A stretch of DNA of 60,259 nucleotides, the filler included, from Sluysia triapertura (Eukaryota): the NCBI GenBank assembly GCA_046118255.1. It is 4 parts of 4 records of this genome, joined end to end, with 100 filler letters (N's around TTAATTAATTAA, not from the genome) between each part and the next. Parts side by side here need not be neighbours in the genome. Positions count along the whole stretch, not along the records: positions 1 to 16,933 come from JBJNIA010195598.1; positions 17,034 to 30,456 come from JBJNIA010040579.1; 2 more parts are not named here. One strand, written 5' to 3'. Both the position numbers and the translations under genes were made by a program. The notes below the pieces were generated by a model, which was not told the origin of the DNA, ran no database searches, and was given only the letters and a program-made list of their open reading frames with translations. Of the stretch, positions 12,201 to 24,022 are shown one piece after another. The stretch's first letter is position 1; every line of letters begins with the position of its first letter.

Positions 12201-13110
12201 GATTGTTTGAAAATTTATTAAAATAACAAATTAAACAATGAAATTTGTGTGGTGCCGAACCTATTACTTTTAATAAATTTTATTTAGATTTTTCCTTTAA
12301 TACAACAAAATCACATTCACCTTCAGAATATACAAAGCACATTTTAAAAACATTTTTTTCACATAGTCCCACATCAACATAATCAAAATAACATGTTTTT
12401 AACATCACACAACCACCTTTTTAGATTGTACCAAAACATAGTCTATAACTTATCTTCTTTACATTCACTAAACCACACTCTTTTCAATGCACTTTTAAGT
12501 CACAATCTACTAACATCCAAACATTATTTTCATTCATAACATCAATGTATATTTAAAAATTCACATAAAACATTTATATATTATCTCAAAGCACTTAAGT
12601 CATAAGTTTTTAACACCCAAACTTATCTTCAGTTAAGACAATTAAATATCATTTAAAAAACCATTTAAAACATTTTATGCATCATCTAATAATATTAAAA
12701 TCACAATTACACCTTAAACCATCGAACACACATCTTTAAGTCAATCCAAAACATTCCACGCTTGCAATATTTTTACAGTTAGCCTCTAAATTCACCGAGA
12801 AACATTAGCTCAACACTTTTAAAACATTCAAATTGCTTCCTTTTAATATATAGTCACACATTAATTCTTCTACCACCTCTTTCTACACATTACATGTTCT
12901 CAGTAGAAGTCATGTAAGAAGTCATATCCTTAAACTTTAAATATGTTCATAAAAAAGAAATTTATTGAAGAAAGATCGTGTTCTTTCGTATTCAAAGGAT
13001 TTATGCATTTTTGGATTAATATTATTATTATTATTATTGTTATTATTATTACCATCTTTTTTATTCTAGATTATTTTGATGTCTATTTTATTAAAAATCA
13101 ATTTGGTAGC

Positions 13111-13173
13111 TACCACTATCAATGGTGACACTAATAATTCACATATACAGTTACCGTGACTATTGATAGTGGT
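13111..13173 (+). other. Conserved long hairpin upstream of family copy B
   Basis: ACCACTATCAATGGTGAC...GTGACTATTGATAGTGGT with a perfect 12-bp outer stem. Preceded by an ATT tract and TTTGGT, as in copy A. Confidence 0.7.
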
Positions 13174-13439
13174 ATTTTGTTTAACAAACAGACATTTAAT
13201 CTATTCATACTACTTTACTAAATGCCGATTGATGACAACTAACTACAAACTTACTTCATCGTGTTCAAATGACTGCCCAATTAGAATTATCGACATTACG
13301 TACTTTTTATGTTTTGATTAGGCAGCCATTCACAACATGAGGAGTATTGACCATTTTTAGTTTGTAAGTAGTACCTTATTATTATACATTTATTGTCATA
13401 ATTATAGTAGCAGAAAATTCTAAATTTTGTGTTCTGTTT

Positions 13440-15420
13440 TTCATTTAGAAAATGAATTTTGAAAGCAATATTTCATACAACTTTATTAATTCTACAATTA
13501 AATCGAAATTTCGTGCATAGTTAATTAAACTATTTCAATATTTATCTGGTCTTATTAAAGTGTATTTAAAACCGTCTACGAATTATAGAAATCATGAAAA
13601 TATTATTTTAATTAGTCAAAGAATTGAATCACTTGGTTTTGCTAAGAGTTCCGTAAAGAAAAATCAAATGTTTACCACATTACCATACATTACAATGTCT
13701 TTTCATTATTTGTTTAATAATTTCAGATTTTTGCATCATATGAGATACGATGAAGTGAATGGTATGTTTTATAGTTATTCAATCGAGTCTTGGTTTGTTT
13801 CACCTTGTTGTGCTTTATCACGAGATTTGAATAAATTTCTACAGATTTATAAAATTGATTCTGATTACCGGCCTCTATACTGACATGACAGATTATGATG
13901 ATAATCGAAAGTGTTCCTCAAAACTATTGGACTTTGATTACTCAGAAATGAAAATATTGCACTGTCTTCTAACTGAAGACTTTTGGTTCAAATATTTTTT
14001 GTGCGTCTTCACAGTAAGAGGAGGTATTCAGTGCTGGTTTCTGCTGGTGCGATTAAGTTATTAGATGTCGATCAGTTTAATAATTAGTAGATCTTATAGG
14101 TCGTCCTATCAAGGCAGTATTAAATTAAAAATGAATGATAAATCTAAAGCTGATGTTTATCCAGTTTTAACAGCTGGTATAGTAATATACACAAATGATT
14201 TTAATAGATTTGTTTTCGTAAATCAAACAATGTTATATGATACTTTAAGAAACAAATATATTTTTTCAAATATGATTTTCAATTCCAATTGTTCAATATT
14301 GATAAAGCAAGCAATGAACCATGGAAACCATAGAAAAAATTGATGAAATTCTCATTTATAATATTTATCTACATGTTCTTCATCCTAGACTCGATGTTAA
14401 TGTTTCAAAACAATTTACTAATCAAGATCTAGAGTAAATGATTACTCGTCTGGATAGCTATGAAAATATGTTTAATGTAGTTAGACGTGAAATTTGAGGA
14501 CTCTCATCACCAGTTTCAGTAACAAAACTAGATTAAGCATTGACAACATTATCGGAATATTCTCTAAATGCTATTCGACTTCAGAAGTTAAAGTATCAAC
14601 CAAAAATCTAAAAGAACGTGCCTTTTATGAATTTATCATGTCAATTCGTACAGAATTATCTGAAAACAGTAAAGACAAATTTGAGATGATTCAAGGGATA
14701 TTGAGTTTTTAGTAGGAGGAGATATAATTAGTCGTATTGATTGGATTGATCCAAATCAAAATGTAAAGCTTGCGCCAATAGTTACTAGTATAGTTTATGA
14801 TTACTCTAAGTCATACAAAAGCATGTTCGAGACCGCTATATAAGCTACAGAAGATAATGTATTGAATATAAAAATGATTACGCTTTTTGAGATTCTAGCA
14901 ATAAATGTAAGCATAAAGTTATTTATAAATAAAATTCGACCAATTAACTTATCTCGCTTAAACAAAGATGATAAAGCTGAATGTAAAAAGGGCTTGAGGA
15001 AGTGCCCAGTACATCTTCATATTGATTTTCACGAGAAACAACACGGTAACGACGTATCTGAGAATCTAAGTTCTTTCCGATCGTCCGCTGTAAATTCGAT
15101 TCGTCGCAATTTTTTCAAAAGTTTTCTTATTTATTTCTATTACATTAACAATAATTTGATTTCCGATTATTTTTTAGATAGCGAAATATGGTCACAAACA
15201 AACTGCATATACGGAACAAAGTCATAAATATTAAATTTTTATATTTTGATATAGCAAATAAAATTTTATAAATGTATCTTCATTCATTTATTATTTATAA
15301 ATTACAAATATTCCCAATTTCGTTAAATTTAATAAAAATTAACTTAGAAGTAAAAAGTTTCATAAATCAAATAAATTCTTTTAAAACAACTCGACTATGA
15401 TTCACATGGAAGTTATTTTC
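13440..15420 (+). pseudogene. Multicopy EF-hand-like gene family, copy B (frameshifted)
   Basis: Chain of same-strand ORF fragments (13560-13883, 13855-14064, 14065-14343, 14494-14712, 14862-15227). Clear DNA identity with 48390-49080, e.g. TTTTGAGATTCTA.CAAT.AATGTAAGC, ATTCGTCGCAAT and GCATATACGGAACAAA. Confidence 0.7.
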
Positions 15421-15443
15421 TAAAAGAAAAACCATAAAAACTT

Positions 15444-15717
15444 NNNNNNNNNNNNNNNNNNNNNNNNNNNNNNNNNNNNNNNNNNNNNNNNNNNNNNNNN
15501 NNNNNNNNNNNNNNNNNNNNNNNNNNNNNNNNNNNNNNNNNNNNNNNNNNNNNNNNNNNNNNNNNNNNNNNNNNNNNNNNNNNNNNNNNNNNNNNNNNNN
15601 NNNNNNNNNNNNNNNNNNNNNNNNNNNNNNNNNNNNNNNNNNNNNNNNNNNNNNNNNNNNNNNNNNNNNNNNNNNNNNNNNNNNNNNNNNNNNNNNNNNN
15701 NNNNNNNNNNNNNNNNN
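15444..15717. other. Assembly gap (274 N)
   Basis: Run of N without a linker. Confidence 0.99.
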
Positions 15718-16041
15718 TGTAAAGTAAACATACAGTAATTCTATTCTAAAACTATAATTCTAATGTAAAATACACACACTTTAATACATAATTCTAAAAA
15801 TAAATATAATTCTAAAAATAAATATTGATTTTATAAATTCTAATATTAGATTTTTATCGTTTTTAATTCTAATGGTATTATTGTTATTTATTTAAAGTCA
15901 TTATTAATATTATTTTTTTAAAAATTAAATAACATTTCTTTAAATTTTATATTTTAAATTTTAAATTTTCTAAATGTAGGTCAAGGTGACCATTTCTCTA
16001 TTATAAATATGCATAAAAAATTTTATAAATCTTTTACAAAA

Positions 16042-16205
16042 TTCTATTACGTCGAGATTTATATTGGAATTCTTTTACGTGGAGATTTTATATTTGGAAC
16101 AAAATTTTTGGAATAATTACTACGTTTTGGAACAATAAATTTGAAAAAATTCTTTTACGTGGAGATTTTATAATTACTGCGTCTCGGAACAATAAATTTG
16201 AAAAA
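16042..16205. repeat. Compound minisatellite
   Basis: Three copies of TTCT(A/T)TTACGT(C/G)GAGATTTTATA interleaved with two of TAATTACT(A/G)CGT..(T/C)GGAACAATAAATTTGAAAAA. Confidence 0.75.
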
Positions 16206-16933
16206 GATTCACCTGCGATTTCTTATACATATATTAACTGTTAGTTCGTTTTTATAGGTTTGCTCAATTTTAACTGATAGTAAAATTTATTTATGTCATT
16301 TAAATATTTTCTTTAAAAACCCCCTTTTTAAGAGGGAAATAACTAACAGACAAAAGAGATTATATCATAATTCTTTAAATTTTATATTTATATATATTTA
16401 TTCATATTTTGTATATTAATTTCCATAAGTTTTATTTAGTTTTAATTTCATTGAATAACTAACCCTAAGGTCCCCGATTTTATTCGGTGGTAAATTTTAC
16501 GACAAAATCATAAACCAATTTGATAAAAGAAATGAAGGTACGCCGTTTTTACACGGTCGAAAAATCCAGGCAAAATATTTTTGAAGTTTTTTTATAATTT
16601 TAATAATCCTTTAGCGAATTGATTAATATTCACCTCAATAACCGTAAAAAAGAATTTTTTAAATTTTTAAAGAACTGATATAAGTATAAATTGATTACTA
16701 TACCTAATAGGAAAGCAACGACATTTAAGTTTTCCACAGCAAATTATCATCGAGTAAAAGCTAATTTAGTACTTTAATAATAAATTCTAGAATACAGCCT
16801 ACAACTTAGCCCTTAAGTGCGTAAGACTAAGATGTAGTGGCCAACTCTATAAGTTAAGATTTAAAACAATTTCATTAAAATAAAATTTATCACAACCATA
16901 CTCTGCAACTACAATCACCACACAATTCATCAC

Positions 16934-17033
16934 NNNNNNNNNNNNNNNNNNNNNNNNNNNNNNNNNNNNNNNNNNNNTTAATTAATTAANNNNNNNNNNN
17001 NNNNNNNNNNNNNNNNNNNNNNNNNNNNNNNNN
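16934..17033. other. Artificial scaffold-joining spacer
   Basis: N44-TTAATTAATTAA-N44. The 12-mer has stops in all six frames and the identical spacer occurs three times. Confidence 0.95.
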
Positions 17034-18086
17034 TTCTCTATAGTTATCTTACTATTGCAGTTCATCATAATGCCTCGTCTTAGTTCTTTAATAACATTCA
17101 ACTTATTCTGTTATCCTAAGTTTTGACCCTTATTTTTCACTAATCCCAACAAAAGTTACAACGATAACCTTAAAGTTAAAAGATAGGATAACGATGATTA
17201 TATATACCTTCATCTTAAAATTGAAAGTTACCATATTAATGATGTCAATTATAAAAACTATAACCTTAAACCCATAAACAATGGCAATCATAATGATAAC
17301 TATAAAGACGATAATTGTGAAACTAAAAGTTATAATACCATTCAATACATCAATAATGCGTATTACAAATAGGATGAGTCTAAGACATAATTGATCGCAG
17401 TTTGCCATTCTGTACCGACCAATGTAGTTTATGTATTGGTAATGGAATCCTATGTTCTTATTCACACAATAATTGAATTGGAAGCTCAGAGGAACTTCGG
17501 ATCAATTTGTGATTGGCAATCTTCTAGAGTGAACGGATTTTTAAAAGACCTTCTGGTACGGATTTCTAGAGGCGTGGAAAATAAACAGTATCGAAACGAA
17601 CAAGTAACTCTTAATTTTATGAATAATCATAACATTATAAATTGTGTTTATTTTTAGGTGCAGAACATGGTAGTGTGAAGATCGTGTGCAGGACCCTTTT
17701 TGTGCTTAACAATATTAAAATAACATTATCTTATATATTTTTATAAAAGTTAATAAATCATTGTTTATTTTAGAGTTTTTTCTAAAAAAGTTTATTTTTA
17801 AAGAAATTTTTATAATTCAATTAAACAATTTTCATAAAATTTATCAATTAAAGTCAAAACGGAATTTAATATTTCATAGATATACAAAACCACAACACAA
17901 GGATTAAATTGAATCGAAATTTATTAATAGTCATGATTCTCTTTGTTTGCTTCAACATAACTGTACCATGATCTGTAGTCAGTATAATGAATGGTTATAG
18001 AACCTATAATAACATCTATTTAAATTGCGACATTTTGTCATAATTAGACCATCTTGTAAATGATTAACATTATATTATTGATTAAA

Positions 18087-18246
18087 TGTTAGACTTCGTA
18101 AAATGGACTGACCGGGAATCGAACCCGAGGCCATCGTCTGCGCAGTCGAAGCTCTACCACTGAGCTATCAGCCCCGCCTAACAATTTCAGTTTTTTTATT
18201 AAATTCAATTTTACCAAATGGCACTTTTAGGCCTTTTACCCCAACA
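18087..18246 (-). mobile_element. tRNA-cassette mini-element copy 2 (pseudo-tRNA at 18104-18174)
   Basis: Same TGTTGGGG...GTCTAACA unit. Flanks share only AAA on both sides. Confidence 0.8.
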
Positions 18247-19621
18247 AAATTTATATAATTTGTCATTTAATATTTAGTGAAACTAAATCAAAGATGGAAA
18301 CACGAATGAATGAATCAACAATTAAAATTTGTTCTAACTTGATTACATTATTTATTTATTTCGAATACCATAATTAATTCATTGAAAACAAATATCGACT
18401 TGATTGAAGTATGTAACTTAAGAAGGTTGAAAGCGGTCTCCTAGCACAGGATGTACGTCATCTTTACAATTCTTACTAAATGGCGTATATTCAATAACAG
18501 TTTAGAATAACTTTGGCGACTGTTTTAACACAACTACACGAGAAATTAATTAATCCGAGAATTACTGTCTTAAACCATTTAAAAATCAAAACGAAAATAA
18601 TTAATTTAGAGCATTTATAGCAACATTGACTAAGTAAATTAGCATTTATAAGGAAACTCTTTTTAGCAAAATGCACAATGAGTGTACATAAAATAAAGAA
18701 AAATGATAATAAAATAAAAACGATATTACTACTACTATGACTAAATATTACCATTATGAACGATTGTAAAATATTTTAAAAAAGCTGAAAATGTGAAAAT
18801 AAAATGTTCCATTGTTTTATAGGGGTGCGATATTTAAGAATTTGTGTTATGACGTGAAGAGATTAATGTGTTTCGATGAATGCATTGATATTGATTGTGT
18901 AGCTAAAATGTAAATATTGTTTGTGGTTAACTTTTGTTATGTGTGGATAGATAATTTGGTATAAAATTCTGGATTATGAGGTGAAACACTACAATAGATC
19001 AGTCGGTTTTCTTTTGCATTTGTCAATAGAGAGCTTTTCTGATTTCGCGTAATTACACAGATACGACTAACATTAACCAAAACCAATAAAGGTACCCACC
19101 ATTCGGTTATTCTATTAAAAAGTGTCCTTACACTTACAATCTATTTGTGAAGTACAATTAATTCTAATATTGAAAAATTCCCAGTTTTTCTACGAAATAG
19201 AACTTCTTCCATGATAATATCCCAATCTATCCGTAGTATTATCAGCTTTCGTAATTCATCGACATCATTAATAAAACTAATAAATCCAACTTCGATTTGA
19301 GAAATAAACCGAATAACAAAACCATCTTAAAACATTGTTCAATGTTTGACCTTCTTCAATGAAGCACAAAATTAGATCGCAAAACTTTAATACTAATGCT
19401 ATAAAAGAATTAATTTACAACATAAGTATTTCAAAACAATAAACGTTGTATTTCTAAAAAAAATCAAATAAAGTTTCAACTGTAATTTAAAATTACAAGT
19501 CTCATTAAACGTGATTTATTATTGGAATTTTCTACACACTAATTAGTGATCATATAAAAACACGAAATACATTTGCTTAATTAATAAAATTAAAAGCATT
19601 TACATATCACCAAGCTATCCT

Positions 19622-20091
19622 TCAATCAGTTACAAGTACATAAATCATACTAAATTAAAATATAAACTTAAAAACCAAACTAACCAGTATAAATAATAAA
19701 AAAATGACAAAATATAAAACACTATTTTACCCCAACTTTCAAATACTGCTTTATTTAACTGCTCTGCATTTAGAATTGTTGTAGGATCATATAATCCAGC
19801 ACCGCGGATTAATGGACGATTATAATAACGATGAATGTGATACGCTAGTAAAGGTAGATTAAATATAACTGTACCAAATTGCCCAGCTATAATAAATGAC
19901 AACGTCATCAAAGCATGAATGCCATATTCAGGTAATATTAATGGATTTAAGCCTTTACAGACATCGATCGGATTTTTATAATCTGTTTTCAGTTCATCAA
20001 ACGCTATAACTAAATAAATCGTAAAAAATATCAATACAATTGATAATAACAATGCTGCTATATAACAAAATGCAACAAATCCAAATGCCAT
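19622..20091 (-). CDS. cni: Protein cornichon (ER cargo receptor), two exons 19685-20091 and 19622-19649
   Basis: Contains IAFDELKTDYKNPID, LNPLILPEY and GLYDPTTILNA. Removing a 35-nt GT-AG intron (19650-19684) gives the canonical C-terminus FFYYLYCMIYVLVTD*. Confidence 0.96.
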
Positions 20092-21054
20092 CACTCAAAT
20101 AAAACTTTAAATTGAAATATGTTAAAAATATGTAGTTAAAAAATATGTAATTAAATTCCTAAATATTTATAAAATTAAAAATATACGTATAAATCAAAGT
20201 ATAACTTAGAAAAATAAAATGTAAAAACAATTTTTAATAAAAATTATTAAAATATATTAATTCAGAAAATCTTAATTGAAAAATATAAATTTATAAACTA
20301 AAACAAAATATATTGGAAATAATTTCTATAAAAATGTGATTTAATAGAAATATTAAATATTTTAATACTTTTTAATATATTTTAATGTATTTTTTGATAA
20401 TTATTTACGAATATTCGTTCAAACAACTATGATCATGAAAATTAAATATGTATATTTTACGTATTACAAAACTAATATTTTCAAAAAGCGATGCATGAAA
20501 TATGAATAATTAATATGAATTAGTTATTACAATTATGTAGTTACATCTTGATATGAAGTATACTCAACTTCTCACTCTACATTCTTAATATCTTTTGATA
20601 CATTTCAAACATAAGCTTATACCAATTCTAACACATCCCAAAGCTACCAATTTTAAAATATACTCATAAATAAACTTTCAGACCGTACTTCTGAAAATCT
20701 TTATTTCAATTTTAGATGTATTAGTATTATTATATATTAGTATTTGTATATTTTATTTTAATTTCCTTCAGTTTAGTCAAAAGTCTATAATATATAAATT
20801 GTAAAATATTAATATCTATTACAAAGTACTTCCAAGCGCTTATGATAAAATCAATTACTATAATATTGCTGTGATAATATAAATTTTATCAGGGTCCCTT
20901 ATACAAAAAAATTCTGATATTAATCTTCAAAATTAATGAAAATAAATTAATTATTATAAAAATGTATTAGGAAAAATAAAAATCATTATATAAGTGGGAA
21001 TTATTTGACAATTACAAAATAAATTAAAATATTGCAAATTTAAAATTAAAGCCT

Positions 21055-21385
21055 TGTTGAGCCTTCCATTTTTAGCCGTTATTAATTTTAATAATAGATT
21101 CTAACCCTCATTAAATCGGGGATTAACGGAATTACTAAATATGAGTTTAAATATGAGTACTTTAAAGATTTTACATTTCGCTTTAATAATATGAATAAAA
21201 AATCGATAAATAGTCGAAATGATACAACCAATTTGATGTGACCAAAATCTTAGAATGAAAATATATTTTTTCTTGTTGTTATTGTAGTATGTAAGTGACT
21301 GAATTTATGCTAGTATATATAGACCAATAAGTAGCCAATCAGAATAGATGGACATTCTCGAAAATTCCAGAACATTCTAGAATAA
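21055..21385 (-). repeat. HSE-promoter module copy 4, more diverged
   Basis: Minus strand has TTCTAGAATGTTCTGGAATTTTCGAGAA, two ATTGG, TATATATACTAGCAT, TCAGTC, and the 3' motif CCCCGATTTAATGAGGG (21104-21121), ending ...CAACA. Confidence 0.65.
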
Positions 21386-23052
21386 ATAATTCGATGAATA
21401 CCTGTAAATACTGTAAATAATACGAATACTAATATTATATAAATAGTTAAAAGTAAAACAAAATATCAATAATCAAAATATATCAAAATATACTTGATAT
21501 ACTGACTATTGAAATTATTAAGGTTTAAGCTGATCAAGATAATAATATTGATTTTAACAGATTTTAAAGACGCAACAGTATTATTATTTAAATAAATAAA
21601 TTTTTTACACAGTTTTTTATTGTGCAATTTTGATTTTTTGCCTTTTTTTACTATTTTTGTTAATTCGTAGTAAATTTGTATATTCTTGTATGAAAATTCG
21701 TCAAATTTTGTTTTAGCCGGGGCGCTCAAAACCCTAAATCCGGCCCTGGTAATCCGTTATATGAAAATAATAATATTTTCTTGAAATTATCGAAATTATC
21801 CATGAATTCGATATGTATTAAACAATTTATTCGACTACTGAACAATACATCGCATCGAATTGATTATCAAAGATCATCAGTACAAAGTTTAACCTCATCG
21901 GTTGACAATTTAATACCCTGATCAAAATACTTAATAGAATCATTAAATAAACAATTAGACAGTAATATTCAGGTAGAGATGTATTAAATAGTATGCGTTT
22001 GATTTAAATTATCAACATTCAAATAATGCTTCTTATCTCTGTATTATCTTATATCAGAATTTATAATGATGTATCTATGAAGATTTATTTCCAATATTTA
22101 AATGAATGAATAATATGGAGCACCTCTAATTTAATTTAAGAGTTTATTTTGGGCTTGGTGGTGACAGAGATGACGAGCATAAAGAAGACATATTAAAATA
22201 CATGTTAAAATTTTTTGTAAATGATTAAAATATTATTTTAATTTATAAATTTTATTATTTCACATCATACAGAAATTAATGTTATTTGTGGAGTGCCTTA
22301 TTATATGCTCATGGTGGTAATTTTTGTATGTGAAAGGTTGAACTATTACCATATATGTGTAAATTGTTTAAATTAGAAAGATACGAAAATTTTACTCTTG
22401 AAAATGCAAAGTTACATTTGCGATTTAATTTAATTAAAAATTGTTTGGTTTAATAATTTTATGAAAAATGACTGTACATGAAAAAACAACATACGAATTA
22501 AAGTATAATTATTAATATTGAGATGTTGCGCAAATAATGTAAAAATTATTTAATTTTATTTAGTTTTCTGTAATGTAAAGTTAAATTTGTGCATGTTGTA
22601 ATGTTTAAGCATAATCAAAATATATCTATCAGATAAATGTTTTTAAGATATAAATTCAAACAAGTTATTAAAATAGATGTATTAAAAATTTTTATGGAAA
22701 ACAAATTTGACATTTAATTAATTTTGTGTTTTCTTTAAGTTGATGTATTATTTGAATAGTAAATATTATTGTGATTATGGTGTTACATTTAGTTTTTCTT
22801 ATGTTAACAGATAAATGAATTGTCTGTTACAAATCCAAATATATTTTGGTAATTTCTAGGAGACGAAAAATTAGCAGTCAATGGATATTAACATTAAAAT
22901 TTAATTATTAAAATTGGTCAGTTTGTAACCAGCTCAAAAGAATAAGTAATTACTTTTACACTTCCAATTTCGAATCTCCTTGGAAATTATACAATTATTA
23001 TATAAGTGATCACATTTTTGTCAAATATGCAAGAGAAGAAATCAATAAAAAA

Positions 23053-23214
23053 TGTTGGGGTAAAAGGTCTAAGAAGTACCAAGTAGTATAATTGAATATA
23101 TTTAAAAAAATGAAATTGTTAGACGGGGCTGATACCTCAGTGGTAGAGCATTCGAACTGCGCAGCGATGGTCCCGGGTTCGATCCCCGGTCAGTCCATTT
23201 TACGAAGTCTAACA
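23053..23214 (+). mobile_element. tRNA-cassette mini-element copy 3 (pseudo-tRNA at 23126-23197)
   Basis: TGTTGGGG start. TGTTAGAC (23117-23124) and GTCTAACA (23207-23214) are perfect inverted repeats bracketing the tRNA-like unit. AAAA on both flanks (possible 4-bp TSD). Confidence 0.8.
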
Positions 23215-23990
23215 AAAACGCCAGAAGATTTAAGTGAAGAAAAAAATTTGACTAAATTTAGAAAACTGCTTTGACACAATTAAAGTGATAACTTATTCTT
23301 TGTCAACTGGCGAGATTCGATAATATTATTCATTTTGTTTGAATACGGACTTTGACATTTTGTTTGTTTTGGCATTTCTGGATTTTGAGTATTTTGTTTA
23401 TTAAATGATTGTATAAAGACACTGATTTATAATTAAGAATATGTATTATTTCTGTAATTAGAGAATCATCAATACGTATTGTACTGAAAATATATCAAGA
23501 TTTCACTCAAACTTAATTATTGAGTTATTGTTGATAATTTCAAATCAAGTCACAACACAATATCGTAAAAATGCTCATTATTGTCTAAATGTTCTAAAAT
23601 ATAATTTGATATGTTTAGTCAGTTAAGCATTAATTCGAAAACATCTATTAGATTTAGCCGATTGTGCAATTTCCAAGTGGGATTAACTGGCACTAAATAC
23701 TAAATAAAAATAATCTCGGTAGATGTTTCACATAACTAATATAAAGTTATTATTCACAATAGTAATTACATTTAACAAAATTTTTTAAAATACAAAAAAT
23801 ATATTATGTATAATATAATATTGTATCCTTATGCTTAATTTCTCCATGTTCCATGAATAGCAACCAAGCAATACCACTTGGTAAGCATCATCAATAGAGT
23901 AATTAATTTCAAATTAGTGATATTCAAACACTGCATTAGAAAATCGAAATAATTCATTAATGATAAATGACCATTCATTCAATAAAGTGC

Positions 23991-24022
<32 letters not shown>

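Noticed and set aside
15420-15731. 103-aa ORF in the track
   Set aside because: It consists of translated N gap.
16042-16205. CRISPR-like array
   Set aside because: Eukaryotic context, no unique spacers of regular length and no cas genes. It is an ordinary minisatellite.
17391-17680. Possible spliced coding exon (…KQYRNEQ|VQNMVV*)
   Set aside because: Plausible splice signals, but no recognisable homology and close to a scaffold edge.
19645-19684. Cornichon C-terminus WLVWFLSLYFNLV as in the ORF track
   Set aside because: This is read-through of a 35-nt intron. Splicing restores the conserved MIYVLV end.
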